Virus record (IMG/VR): IMGVR_UViG_2974513946_000001
Location: 3,499-67,498 of that record
DNA length: 64,000 nt
Direction: 5' to 3' (one strand)
Origin: a virus
Taxonomy: Duplodnaviria; Caudoviricetes
Every line of letters starts with the position of its first letter. The first letter of the stretch is position 1. This document shows, piece by piece, positions 30,470 through 40,606 of the stretch. The translations under genes were made by a program, and so were the position numbers. The notes under the pieces are model-generated. The model was not told the origin of the DNA. It worked only from the letters and a program-made list of their open reading frames with translations, and did not search any database.

Positions 30470-30984
30470 CATGCAAAGTCAAAGTTCTTTCCCTGTTCGG
30501 TGTTGAGTATCGTTGCCGTCAATTTTCTGCGATTGAAGGCATGTCGATTTTTGACGTGGAAAACCTTCACCCTTCCGTTCTGCTTTCTAAAACGGAAGTC
30601 CAGACCAAGAAAGGGAAATGGAAACCCCTTTCGGATGGCGCGGCAATTAACAGACATGTCGTCGATAAACTTGGGGTCTTTACTCCGTTGCAAGTTCTGA
30701 ACATGCTTATGGAACTTGTGCGAAAGGAGAACTTCGGGTTCCTAAGTTCTTGGAAGGGTGTTCGCGTTCCGAGTCGTTTTCTTAGCGACTCTAAGCAAGT
30801 TCAATCCGAGTACACAACCCCGATGCTTGCCGCGCTGATCAACGAAAACAAAGCATCATTGAAAGAATTGGAAGAGTATTATTCTCTAGAGGATTCTTTC
30901 CGAATGTTCGACATGCTTTCGATGAAAAATGTAAACGAAGCGCTGTCGAACGAAGCGGCACAATCACGGGCAAGAACCCGCTAG
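30466..30984 (+). CDS. Possible second tail-assembly-chaperone-like protein
   Basis: RQFSAIEG start; C-terminal YSLED.F.MFD..S..N.NE pattern like tail chaperone extension domains. Confidence 0.6.
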   Translation: MTCKVKVLSLFGVEYRCRQFSAIEGMSIFDVENLHPSVLLSKTEVQTKKGKWKPLSDGAAINRHVVDKLGVFTPLQVLNMLMELVRKENFGFLSSWKGVRVPSRFLSDSKQVQSEYTTPMLAALINENKASLKELEEYYSLEDSFRMFDMLSMKNVNEALSNEAAQSRARTR

Positions 30985-31013
30985 TTGGTCTTGTGGCCTT
31001 GGCGCGATATAAT
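30985..31013 (+). promoter_or_regulatory. sigma70-like promoter
   Basis: TTGGTC-17bp-TATAAT. Confidence 0.55.
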
Positions 31014-31041
31014 GGCCCAAACCTTATAGAGCGCCAAGAAC

Positions 31042-31737
31042 GTGGCCGACCCAAAACCCCAGAAGTTCATAACAAACGACCTTCCCGCCGATTCTGAAAC
31101 ACTAACAGCGGCGATGGAATTCGTGCTTAGAATGTTCAAGGTCGAACTTGATCAACTTTTGCCCGCCAGAGTGGTGGCCTTTGATCGTAAGTTGGGTCGC
31201 GTCAACGTCAAGCCGATTATCCATTGGGTCGATATGAACGACCAAGAACACCCGCGACCGGCGATTAACAACGTTCCGGTGTTCACGTTCGGCGCTGGAA
31301 ACATGCATATCAACTTCCCGGTTAAGGCTGGGGATTTGGGATGGATTTTTGCGTGTGACCGCGATATATCCCTTTTCAAACAGTCGATGAAAGAAGGTAT
31401 GCCGAACACCGGTCGCCTTCATTCTTTCTCTGACGCAGTGTTCTTTCCCGATGTTATGCGGCAGTACCAGATTAACCCCGAAGACGCCGACGCGCTGGTC
31501 ATTCAAACGACCGATGCTTCTACGCGTATCAGCGTAAAGCCGGGTCAAATCAAAGTGACTGCACCAACGAAGTTTATTGTTGATTCCCCAATGTCTGAAT
31601 TTACCGGCGCGGTAAAGATGGATAGCACATTGGAAGTTGTCGGGGACGCGAAAATTAACGGGATTCAATTCACACCACACGAACACACCACGACCGAACC
31701 GGGCAAACCTACTGCCGGTGGCGCTCAAAACGGGTAA
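31042..31737 (+). CDS. Baseplate central spike (Gp138-like)
   Basis: LPARVVAFD, PVKAGDLG.IFACDRDIS, R.HSFSDA, C-terminal H-x-H iron-binding tip. Confidence 0.9.
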   Translation: MADPKPQKFITNDLPADSETLTAAMEFVLRMFKVELDQLLPARVVAFDRKLGRVNVKPIIHWVDMNDQEHPRPAINNVPVFTFGAGNMHINFPVKAGDLGWIFACDRDISLFKQSMKEGMPNTGRLHSFSDAVFFPDVMRQYQINPEDADALVIQTTDASTRISVKPGQIKVTAPTKFIVDSPMSEFTGAVKMDSTLEVVGDAKINGIQFTPHEHTTTEPGKPTAGGAQNG

Positions 31738-31744
31738 ATAAACG

Positions 31745-33004
31745 ATGGCCGCAAATTATACATATCTTGTAGATACCGGCGTTGTCGCGGCGGATACTGC
31801 GACGATTCTTGCCGATGTTCAGGGCGAGTACAAAACAGCTTTGGGCGATAGTCTGAACTTGGCTTCTAGCACTCCGCAAGGAACGCTTATCGCTGGTGAG
31901 ACTACCGCCCGAACCGGCACGATGAAAAACAACGCCGAAATGGCGAACAACATTAACCCGCAACTTTCCTATGGTGTGTTTCTTGACGCTGTTTGTGCGT
32001 TTCTGGGTATCGAGCGCGGCGACGAAAGTTCGACCGTGGGTACTGCCGTACAACTGGTGGGTAACAGCGGAACGGTTATTTTGGCTGGTAGCCGCGTGCA
32101 GACTGGCGACGGTGAAGTGTTCACTATACAGGCGCAAGTAACGATTCCGTCCAGCGGTATTGCCAACGGAATTATCGCGGCAGTGAACACAGGGGCGATT
32201 GCTTTGGGTGTTCAGTCTCTTTCGATCCTAGACGGGATTATCGGTTGGGGCGAGTGCAACGTAACGTCTACAACTAGCGTCGTTTTGGGTGCATCTTCCT
32301 TGGAAGACCCGCAACTAAAGAATCAGCGCAATCAATCTCTGTTCCGCCAAGGTCGCAGTTCTGTAGGTGCAATCCGCGCCGAACTTCTGGCGACTGCGAA
32401 CGTTACTTCGTGCATCGTTCTGGACAACAACACGGGCGCGGCTGGCCTTATCAATGGGGTTTCGTTCACTCTTCCTAATGCGACTTGGGTTTGTGTCTCT
32501 GGAACCGCTACAGACGACGAAATCGCTTCGGCAATCTGGGAAAGTTGCCAAGGTGCAATCCCGTTTGATTTTGGCGCGGCTGGTAACGGGGTTCCGGCAG
32601 GTACTTCGACTGGAGTTTCTGTCATCGACAAGGCTTCGGGCGTGTCGTATCAAGTGAAGTTCGTTCGTTCCGTACAGCATGACGCATATGTGAACATCAC
32701 GGTTTCGCAAGGTTTGAGTTCTGCCGACCCACAAGTCGCGGTCGCTAACTCAATCGTAAAATGGGCAGAAGGGAATATCGCCGACGAACTTGGCTTGATT
32801 ACTGGCGCGTCCCTTTCCGGTTGGGAAGTTGCAGGCGCAGTTAATCGGGACTTGCCCGGAATGTACGTTAAACACGTAGAAGTTGCGGTCGTTGCCGCTG
32901 GTGCCGCTGCACCGTTGCCCGCTGCGTACTCACAAGAAGCCGTCGCAAATCCATACGACGAATTTAATATTTCAATCGGACGCGTTAAGGTGACTGTAGT
33001 ATGA
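31745..33004 (+). CDS. Baseplate J-like wedge protein
   Basis: STPQG.LI, NP..SYG.FLD..C motifs; 419 aa. Confidence 0.9.
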   Translation: MAANYTYLVDTGVVAADTATILADVQGEYKTALGDSLNLASSTPQGTLIAGETTARTGTMKNNAEMANNINPQLSYGVFLDAVCAFLGIERGDESSTVGTAVQLVGNSGTVILAGSRVQTGDGEVFTIQAQVTIPSSGIANGIIAAVNTGAIALGVQSLSILDGIIGWGECNVTSTTSVVLGASSLEDPQLKNQRNQSLFRQGRSSVGAIRAELLATANVTSCIVLDNNTGAAGLINGVSFTLPNATWVCVSGTATDDEIASAIWESCQGAIPFDFGAAGNGVPAGTSTGVSVIDKASGVSYQVKFVRSVQHDAYVNITVSQGLSSADPQVAVANSIVKWAEGNIADELGLITGASLSGWEVAGAVNRDLPGMYVKHVEVAVVAAGAAAPLPAAYSQEAVANPYDEFNISIGRVKVTVV

Positions 33005-36000
33005 GCATGATTCCTTTCGACGGTGATATCACTCGTTGCCTTAAATGGATGCAACAGAACGCACCGGCCATTCAATCCATCGTAAACCAAAAAGCGCAAT
33101 GGTACGACAACTATAACACGCAGTTTTGGGAACAGTGGCAAAAGAACGTTTTCGACTTGAGAACGGCTAACAACTTCGGGTTGATGGTTTGGTGCATTAT
33201 CCTTGGCGTTCCGTCTGGCGGTTTGGGTCTTTACCCGAACGTTGCCGCGTTCGCGTTCGGTAAAGAACGGCAAAACTTCATCGGTGATTCGTCGGTATCT
33301 GACCCTTCGACCGGTGGTAACTTCTACGGAGCTGGTACGACTGCCGTAGGTAGCATCGAAGAAATCCGCAAGTTACTGCAACTTCGATATGTCTCTTTGA
33401 CCAGTCGCGGCAACATCGCACAAACCAATCGTATGTTGAAGTACATTTTCAACAAGGGGCAAGATTGGGATTTCAGCGCCGGTAAATACTTCTATGTAAT
33501 GGACATTAACGGAACCCAGAAGACCGCCGCGCCAGTTACAAACCTTTCTGTCTTCCGCAGCGACTGGCAAGGCGATGTTAAAATGTCTCCGGTAGCCAGA
33601 ACCAATATGGTCAAACAAAGCGGAATCCCCGGCGCGGCTGGTACTGCGTGGGACGATTCCGGGTGCCTTCTCGGTTTCTCCGACCACTGGCAAGGCATGG
33701 TCGGAACCCGCATCTTTGCGAACGACGCAGCACCGAAGGCGACCGATTCGCTTAACTACGGTACGACTGGCGGCTATCTCGACCTTAAACCGGGTTCTTA
33801 TGCCATCACCGTGTTCTATCAGGTCGGAATGTCCGGGCGTCTGCGCGTTGGTATCACGGATGCATCTAACGGCCTCTTCTCTGGTTTCTCCGGCGTGGTC
33901 GGCGGTCGTCTGTCGGATATCTCTTCGAACGGCTCTAAAGCGACGATAACGCTTTCTGACGACGTACTCTTCGACCAGACTAACAACGTCCGTAAATTTA
34001 CGGCTGTTCTGAATGTTAAGTCCGAAATCGTTTCGGGTTCGTTCTCGTTTGGGCCGAACACCGTCCTTAAAGACAAAGACGTTATTCTGTACGGTGTGCA
34101 AATCGAATCGGGTTCTGTGTTTAACGCCTTTATCACGACGCCTTCTAACTTCGCTAGTCGAGCGTCTTCCGCAGCGTATTACGACGAATCCAACGTGATG
34201 CGATTCGCGGCGGCGAACGTGGCCCGTTCTGACTCTTATCGAGTCAACAAAAACGGCGATTTGGTCAATATCGGCCTTATCATGGAACCGGAATCAACGA
34301 ACTACATGCCGCGCCCGGCTTCTGTTGTTCAGGGTAGCGTAACCGGTTCCATGAACAACGCGCCAATGGCAGTAGAAGGCAACGCCGGAACTTGCCCGGA
34401 CAACGTGCTAAGAATGTACCATATCACAACTATGGAAAACGCTTCGCCGCGTATTGTGACAACTCCAACTTTTAGCACTTTGGTAGGTAAAAAAGCTTCG
34501 GCCAGCGCGTTCTTTTCTGCCGGTGAAAACGCCAATTTTGTTTCTATGCGGATTTATGGCGCAACAGTTGACGGTTCGAACTTTGGCGTGGAAGCTTCTT
34601 TCGACCTTGTTAACGGCGTTGTAGCGATGGTTCGCGAATTAGAAGGTATTGATTCTTCTAACGTAATCGGTGTTTGGGCCGACGTTGAATCGGCTGGTTA
34701 TCACGGTGGAAAGCACGTTTTCCGTTGCGCTATGGGTGCGACCGCTGGCCCTGCACTTGTTAGCGGTTTTACTTTTGTCGATTACATTCCGGCAAGTTCC
34801 GCAATCGGCGTTAGTAACTACCAACAGCGCGTAATGGGCGATGATGTTTATTCTTGGCATAGCGGCGGAATTGTCGTTGAATCAACGCACTATCCCTCTA
34901 CTCATATCCGGCCATCGACTAACTTTGTAAGTCGTTCGACAATCGCCAGCTATTTGGACTCGACCGGCGCTATGAAGTTTGCCGCGATTAACACACTTCG
35001 TTCGCCTTCTTATTCTTGGGATAAAAACAACAACCTACAGGCAATCGGGGATTACACGGAAGGCGCGGCGACTCAACTTCTGACAGGAACCGAAAGCTTT
35101 TCGGGTTGGTCGCTTACAAATGCTTCCTTGATTACAGAAGCAACGGCGGCGGTATCTCCAACTGGCGCCAAGATGTTGCACCTTGTTGAAACGTCAGTTA
35201 ACGGGCTTCACTCGTTGGGGAAAGCGATTAGCGGAACTGCGCTTAGTTATGTGTGTGCATCTGCTTTCGTTTCCAAAAACGGCGCCAAATATGTAGCCAT
35301 GATTATTGGGATAGACACCAACGATAGCGCCGTCGTTATTTTTGACACTAGTAATTGGGAAGTCGTGGCGAAGCGGGACAGCGCTAGTTCTATCTTGCGA
35401 TGTGTTAACTTCGGGTCTAATCCTTTTGGGCCGGGTATCGCCCGAATCTACCTATCGACCCAATTCCCGGCAGACAAGACAGCACTGTCTGTTAGTTTCG
35501 CTTGCGTTAATGACGTTTCCGTTTGGCCGCCGGTTTACGCTGGGTCAGGTAACGGCGTTTACATCTGGGGGGCACAAGCGGAAGAGGGCGTAATGCCTAG
35601 TTCCTATATCAGTGGAGAAGGGGCGACAGGAAACACGGCACGCGGCGCCGATATCTTGGGTTCTGCATCGACAGTTCGTTCGGCTGACGTTCCTACGTCT
35701 GTAACTTCTGTTGTCGATTATACACTGTCTGACGCAACTAACGGCGGCGTAACGATGGGCCAACCACCTTTGGCCGGTGCTGTTCTTTATTGGACTGGCA
35801 ATTGGAACGGAGCGACACAAAGCAGTCAACTAGAGTTCGGAACAGGAGATAGTCAAAAGACTGCGTTTGTTTTATCCGAGCCACTTTCTTTAACTTCTCC
35901 AACTGCCGGGGCTTTTCAGTTAGAATATCGGGTCGGCCCGAACATGGGTCTGTCTTCTCAATTGATCAATTTGCTGAACGACGAAACCATGGAATTATTG

Positions 36001-36045
36001 CCGCGAACCGCAGGCGTAAAAGCGACCGTCATTCAGGAGGCTTAA
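33001..36045 (+). CDS. Baseplate wedge protein (DUF2612-like) with large inserted repeat domains
   Basis: N-terminal VFDLRTANNFGL.VW..ILG domain; three beta-rich modules ending in G(V/A)Q(I/A)E.G or an equivalent. Confidence 0.8.
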   Translation: MSMIPFDGDITRCLKWMQQNAPAIQSIVNQKAQWYDNYNTQFWEQWQKNVFDLRTANNFGLMVWCIILGVPSGGLGLYPNVAAFAFGKERQNFIGDSSVSDPSTGGNFYGAGTTAVGSIEEIRKLLQLRYVSLTSRGNIAQTNRMLKYIFNKGQDWDFSAGKYFYVMDINGTQKTAAPVTNLSVFRSDWQGDVKMSPVARTNMVKQSGIPGAAGTAWDDSGCLLGFSDHWQGMVGTRIFANDAAPKATDSLNYGTTGGYLDLKPGSYAITVFYQVGMSGRLRVGITDASNGLFSGFSGVVGGRLSDISSNGSKATITLSDDVLFDQTNNVRKFTAVLNVKSEIVSGSFSFGPNTVLKDKDVILYGVQIESGSVFNAFITTPSNFASRASSAAYYDESNVMRFAAANVARSDSYRVNKNGDLVNIGLIMEPESTNYMPRPASVVQGSVTGSMNNAPMAVEGNAGTCPDNVLRMYHITTMENASPRIVTTPTFSTLVGKKASASAFFSAGENANFVSMRIYGATVDGSNFGVEASFDLVNGVVAMVRELEGIDSSNVIGVWADVESAGYHGGKHVFRCAMGATAGPALVSGFTFVDYIPASSAIGVSNYQQRVMGDDVYSWHSGGIVVESTHYPSTHIRPSTNFVSRSTIASYLDSTGAMKFAAINTLRSPSYSWDKNNNLQAIGDYTEGAATQLLTGTESFSGWSLTNASLITEATAAVSPTGAKMLHLVETSVNGLHSLGKAISGTALSYVCASAFVSKNGAKYVAMIIGIDTNDSAVVIFDTSNWEVVAKRDSASSILRCVNFGSNPFGPGIARIYLSTQFPADKTALSVSFACVNDVSVWPPVYAGSGNGVYIWGAQAEEGVMPSSYISGEGATGNTARGADILGSASTVRSADVPTSVTSVVDYTLSDATNGGVTMGQPPLAGAVLYWTGNWNGATQSSQLEFGTGDSQKTAFVLSEPLSLTSPTAGAFQLEYRVGPNMGLSSQLINLLNDETMELLPRTAGVKATVIQEA

Positions 36046-36051
36046 ACAACT

Positions 36052-38565
36052 ATGATTATTCCAGATGTATTGCTCGCCCCATTCGCGCAGAATGGGGACA
36101 GAGCGGCTATCCCGCAACAGGATTCTAGCGGGTTTATCAACTTTAGCGACGGTTATACCCCGTTCTATGAAATTTCCCTGACTGCCAACAACCCACAAGC
36201 GAAAGCGGTGGAGCGTCAGGGTATGAACGAACTGTTCTACCAACTGTCGCAAAACGCCATGGCTTGGCAACAGATGACAACCGCGCCTTGGTTGGCCGGT
36301 ACATCTGGCGGCTATATGGTGAACGCAACAGTTGCGCGGGTGAATTCTTCCGGTCAAGCCGGGATTTATCGTTCCCTGATCGACAACAACACCAGCGACC
36401 CGGCGACCAACTCTTCGCAATGGGAGTTGCAACCGCGTTGGTCTGCGATGCGTGCAAACATCCCTATGCCTGCCGGTGGCGATGGTTTGGACTCTTCGAA
36501 AGAACTTATTTCGGTTACGTCCGGTGTTAACCTCGATCTTTTGAACAACGGGGTTTGGGAATTCGCTTCCGACGCCGCCGCTAACGCTGCCAATAACATC
36601 CCAACTTTGTCGGGTGCTAAAGTCGGTCGCGGTATGCACGAATCGAAACTTTGGACAGTTGGCGGAACGTCGCAAGCTGGTGTTCAGCGCTATTCGGCTG
36701 TTGCTTCCGGGCGAACTTTCTTTCGGACTTATAATGGTTCGACTTTTTCGCCTTGGTATCTTTCTGTAGTTCCGCAAGATATCCAGAACGGAACGTTCAC
36801 GTTCTCCGTTGCTGGCGGAACTGCGCCAAATTATACGGCTAGTGTTTCCCCAGCACCGGGCGGCGCACTTCCTGTAGGCGCCCAAATCACGCTGTTTTTC
36901 TCTGACCCAAACCCAGCAGGCGCGGCAACTCTGAACCTTAACGGGAGTGGCGCGGGTCAGATTATCAACGAAGCGAGCGACGCGCTTACAGGTGGTGAAC
37001 TGAACGGGTTCGTTACCCTTGTCCTGTCTAACGGGTTTTGGAAAATCCTTTCGACGCAGGGGATTAAAGCTCAAGTTTCCTATGCTGTTTCAGACGTTCA
37101 GTTGCCTACGTTCGGTCAAGTAAAGGCGATGATTGCCGCGCTTGGTAAGCCGGACTATTCGAACGTAACGAATACTCCCGCAAACTCATTCGGTATTGCG
37201 ACTAATTCCGCGAACGCTTTCGCCGTTACGATAACACCGATTTATAACTTCGCCGTTGGCAAAGAAATCACTGTTTATTTTGGAACTCCGAACACTGGCG
37301 GATCAACCCTTAACTTAAACGGAAGTGGCGCAAATACCGTTCTTGACGCACGGGGTAATCTGCTAACAGGCGGCGAACTTTCTGGGTTTGTGCAATTCGT
37401 TCTTTCTGGCGGCGGATGGCGAATCACTTCAAGCAACGGCGTGAACGCACAAAATTTTTACGCCGCTACAGACTATCAACTTCCCGTTCTTAAACAGGTA
37501 AAAGAGCTGATCGCCCCTTACGCTAACCCAGAGTGGGCGAACGTACAGAACAAACCAAACGTAGCAGTTCAAGGAACAAGCCCCGCTTTTATCTCGCTTG
37601 AACTTGGCCAAGGGATTGGCGCCGGTAACGCTTTCATTGATTTCCATTACGGTAGCGATGGGGCCGACTTTAACTTTCGTATCATCAACGCCGCGAACGG
37701 GGTTTTGTCTTTTGTAAGCCCTAGTGGTGCCCCTATTTACATGGACGGTAACGGCTTTCATACAAACGGCCTGTACGCGTCTACCGTACTGCATTTAACA
37801 GGCGCGGCAAATTCGGCGATCTATTTCGAAGACGGTGCCGGTGCTGTTAAATATGTAATCGGTGATAACGGCACAAGCGGACTCGACTTTAACGTTGCTG
37901 GTGTTAATACGGCGATTCGAATTTCGAGGACAGCCCAAGTTCTTTTCCCCGGCCCGCGACCTGCTTTCAGTACCGGTACGCCGTGGGATTCTGGCAACTT
38001 TAACCCGGCGACTAAACTTACCGTGTCTGCCACACAAGCGACCCAAGGAACAGAGTTCGATAGCCAAACTGTCGGTAACTTCGCTAACGTAAGTGCTGGC
38101 TCTAATACTTGGGATAACTCCCAACTTGCGTTGCGCATTGGTGCAGCGGCCTCGAATGGTGCGTCGGCTGGCATCGGTTATGTTCGTTGGGGCGCTTATG
38201 GCGTTATCATGGGCTTGGACACCGACAACGTAATGAAAATCGGTGGCTGGTCTATGGGCGCGGCTGCATACCCTATCTTGCACACCGGAAACCTTGCGGA
38301 TAACGTCGGCGCAGCTATGGCCGCGAACGCTTATAACGCAGTTGGTCAAGTAGGCATGTTCGTTGCTGCTGGCGCAGCGTCTAGTGTTTTCATCCCACCG
38401 GGAACACTTTGGGCGGGTAGTAACCTGATCTATTCTTGCGTTGGTTACATCCCTTCGGGCACTTCGGCTATTAGCCCGCCCGGAACTTGGCAATGTGTGT
38501 CGTGGCTGTTCGACGGTGACGGCGCGGCAACGAACAGTATCGGCGTTTTCCGTCGAGTTTCTTAA
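36052..38565 (+). CDS. Long tail fibre
   Basis: N-terminal PFAQNGD...IP...GY.P.Y anchor; AFIDFH..S..DF..RI and GGWSMG...ILHTGN fibre motifs. Confidence 0.9.
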   Translation: MIIPDVLLAPFAQNGDRAAIPQQDSSGFINFSDGYTPFYEISLTANNPQAKAVERQGMNELFYQLSQNAMAWQQMTTAPWLAGTSGGYMVNATVARVNSSGQAGIYRSLIDNNTSDPATNSSQWELQPRWSAMRANIPMPAGGDGLDSSKELISVTSGVNLDLLNNGVWEFASDAAANAANNIPTLSGAKVGRGMHESKLWTVGGTSQAGVQRYSAVASGRTFFRTYNGSTFSPWYLSVVPQDIQNGTFTFSVAGGTAPNYTASVSPAPGGALPVGAQITLFFSDPNPAGAATLNLNGSGAGQIINEASDALTGGELNGFVTLVLSNGFWKILSTQGIKAQVSYAVSDVQLPTFGQVKAMIAALGKPDYSNVTNTPANSFGIATNSANAFAVTITPIYNFAVGKEITVYFGTPNTGGSTLNLNGSGANTVLDARGNLLTGGELSGFVQFVLSGGGWRITSSNGVNAQNFYAATDYQLPVLKQVKELIAPYANPEWANVQNKPNVAVQGTSPAFISLELGQGIGAGNAFIDFHYGSDGADFNFRIINAANGVLSFVSPSGAPIYMDGNGFHTNGLYASTVLHLTGAANSAIYFEDGAGAVKYVIGDNGTSGLDFNVAGVNTAIRISRTAQVLFPGPRPAFSTGTPWDSGNFNPATKLTVSATQATQGTEFDSQTVGNFANVSAGSNTWDNSQLALRIGAAASNGASAGIGYVRWGAYGVIMGLDTDNVMKIGGWSMGAAAYPILHTGNLADNVGAAMAANAYNAVGQVGMFVAAGAASSVFIPPGTLWAGSNLIYSCVGYIPSGTSAISPPGTWQCVSWLFDGDGAATNSIGVFRRVS

Positions 38566-38573
38566 ACAAAAGA

Positions 38574-38593
38574 GCGGGGTTTAAAAGCCCCGC
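38574..38593 (+). terminator. Hairpin after the tail fibre gene
   Basis: GCGGGG/CCCCGC stem; weak U tract. Confidence 0.45.
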
Positions 38594-38613
38594 ATTCAAA
38601 CAGAGTAAAACGA

Positions 38614-39276
38614 ATGAAGTTAACAGAACAAGTTATCATCGTTGGGACTGCGTGTAATGCAGCAAAAGCGACTCAAGTTTTGCCGTTCTTACAAGCCGTT
38701 TGCGACAAATACAACATCAACACACCGCGCCGCATCGCCGGTTTTCTGGCTAATGTCGGAGTCGAATCGGGCGGTTTTAACGCGAACGTTGAAAGCCTGA
38801 CCTACAGCGCCGCCCGTATGGCCGTTGTGTGGCCTTCTCGATACGCCGTAGACCCCAAGGCAGACCAAAAGGTTCCCAACGCTCTGGCGCAGCGTCTGGC
38901 CCTTAATCCGGTGGCTCTGGGCAACAACGTGTATGCTAACCGCATGGGCAACGGCCCGGAAGAGTCCGGCGACGGCTACAATTTTCGCGGTCGCGGCTGG
39001 TTGCAAAACACCGGTCGGACGAACTACACGGCAGCGTCGAAAAGAACGGGAATCGACTTTGTTTCGAACCCGGATTTGATGGCCGAACCATCGGGTTCGG
39101 CTGAATCGGCTGGTGCTTTCTGGGAAAGCAACGGTTGTAACGCCCTTCTCGATGCTGATTCTTTCAGCCAATCGGTTAAGGTGATTAACGGCAAAGCGCC
39201 ATGCCCAGAGAACCAAGGCCCGGTTCGCCTTGGTCGTTACCGTGATTGTGTCGTCGAACTGAACAAGCTTCTTTAA
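38614..39276 (+). CDS. Endolysin, glycoside hydrolase family 19
   Basis: FLANVGVESGG and FRGRGWLQNTGRTNY motifs. Confidence 0.9.
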   Translation: MKLTEQVIIVGTACNAAKATQVLPFLQAVCDKYNINTPRRIAGFLANVGVESGGFNANVESLTYSAARMAVVWPSRYAVDPKADQKVPNALAQRLALNPVALGNNVYANRMGNGPEESGDGYNFRGRGWLQNTGRTNYTAASKRTGIDFVSNPDLMAEPSGSAESAGAFWESNGCNALLDADSFSQSVKVINGKAPCPENQGPVRLGRYRDCVVELNKLL

Positions 39277-39289
39277 AGTTCAGGCAAAC

Positions 39290-39323
39290 AAAAAGGCCGC
39301 TAGGGTGAACCAGCGGCCTTTTT
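39290..39323. terminator. Bidirectional terminator between convergent blocks
   Basis: AAAAAGGCCGCT/AGCGGCCTTTTT. Confidence 0.9.
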
Positions 39324-39560
39324 CTATTTGTCGTCTTTCCCTTCGTCTTCGTCTTCGTCGATCATCCGAAAGAGTTCGGGGATTGCTTCTAGTATAGGTT
39401 CGGAACCAGTGTAACCACCTACAGCCCCAGCAAGAACGACGATTACCGCTCTAGCCAAATGGTTCCTTATCCCTTCCCCCAAAATCAACTTTAGAAGCAA
39501 TACGAAGAGTTCGGCCAGTTCTTTCCAAGGGATTATCCCCTTATCAGCGCGCTTTTTCAT
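39324..39560 (-). CDS. Small membrane protein (holin/antiholin candidate)
   Basis: 78 aa, two hydrophobic segments, basic N-terminus and very acidic C-terminus. Confidence 0.65.
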   Translation of the reverse strand: MKKRADKGIIPWKELAELFVLLLKLILGEGIRNHLARAVIVVLAGAVGGYTGSEPILEAIPELFRMIDEDEDEGKDDK

Positions 39561-39643
39561 GTTGTGTTTTCTCGTTATGTGTGAAGGCCGCGAACCCTAT
39601 ACAAGCGATTTCGCGGCCTTATTCTACCACCTATGGCGTGATG

Positions 39644-40606
39644 TTACTTCGCCCACTTCGCCAGTTTCAAGGCCGACAGGGTTTTCACTTGGTCGGTGTC
39701 CATGTCCCATTCTTCGCGGAACCCGTCCCACTGCATATGCCGTGGTCGGTCTTTGGCACCGTGGGAGAAGTGTTTGCCGCGTAGAAAGCGGTTCCCCAGA
39801 CGGTGACGGTGTTCCCACGCCCAACGGCGCATGTCGTGCGGCATGGTGGTTGCGGAAACGTTGAACTCGACGCCGGGCCACTTCGGAGACGAACAGACGA
39901 AGGCGCCAAGCATACCCGAAGGCACCAGATTTTCGGCGTGCGTAGACCGCGCAGTCTTGCCAAGTTCGTTAATGTAGGCTTCGTTTTCGTTGTGCATCAA
40001 TTCTTCGAAATCGAGAATCACGCATTCGTCATGTTCGAAGCGTTTCAGTTTCAGAAGAATCGCTTCTTTCAGGGTCGAGCGACCGAACTTGTAACGACCG
40101 TCGCGGCTACGCAACATAACGCCTTCGAAGCCTTTTTCGGTCGCCCAAACTTCATAGGCCGTCAACTCTTCCGGGGAGTGAACAAGGACGTGTTCCACAT
40201 GGAACAATCGTTCGCGCAATTCCGGGTACAGGCCGCGCAGGGATTCCACACGAACGCGGCTTCGTTCCAGACGTTCGGAGAATGGCAACGACGGGTCGGT
40301 GAAGTCGTCGAAAATGTGCCAAGCCCAAGCGCCGGGGTCGTCTTTTTTACGACGCAGCGCACCGCTACTGTTCTGGAAAGCCAACGGGTCGTCGAACTGG
40401 CCGACAACCAATTCGCCGTCCAGACCGTCGAATTTCGGATGCGACAGGAATTCGCGGATGATGTTGTTATCTGTCGGGCGCATGGAACGGGTGCGCGGGA
40501 TACCTTCAAAAGCCAGATTGCGGAACCCGTCGATTTTCGGGGAAACGTAATAAGGCCAGTCGTTCAACAGGCTTTCGTCTGCGTGTTCGGCGAGTAATGG
40601 TTTCAT
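39644..40606 (-). CDS. ATP-dependent DNA ligase
   Basis: KIDGFR motif I, DGEL, EGVMLR, LKLK motifs. Confidence 0.95.
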   Translation of the reverse strand: MKPLLAEHADESLLNDWPYYVSPKIDGFRNLAFEGIPRTRSMRPTDNNIIREFLSHPKFDGLDGELVVGQFDDPLAFQNSSGALRRKKDDPGAWAWHIFDDFTDPSLPFSERLERSRVRVESLRGLYPELRERLFHVEHVLVHSPEELTAYEVWATEKGFEGVMLRSRDGRYKFGRSTLKEAILLKLKRFEHDECVILDFEELMHNENEAYINELGKTARSTHAENLVPSGMLGAFVCSSPKWPGVEFNVSATTMPHDMRRWAWEHRHRLGNRFLRGKHFSHGAKDRPRHMQWDGFREEWDMDTDQVKTLSALKLAKWAK

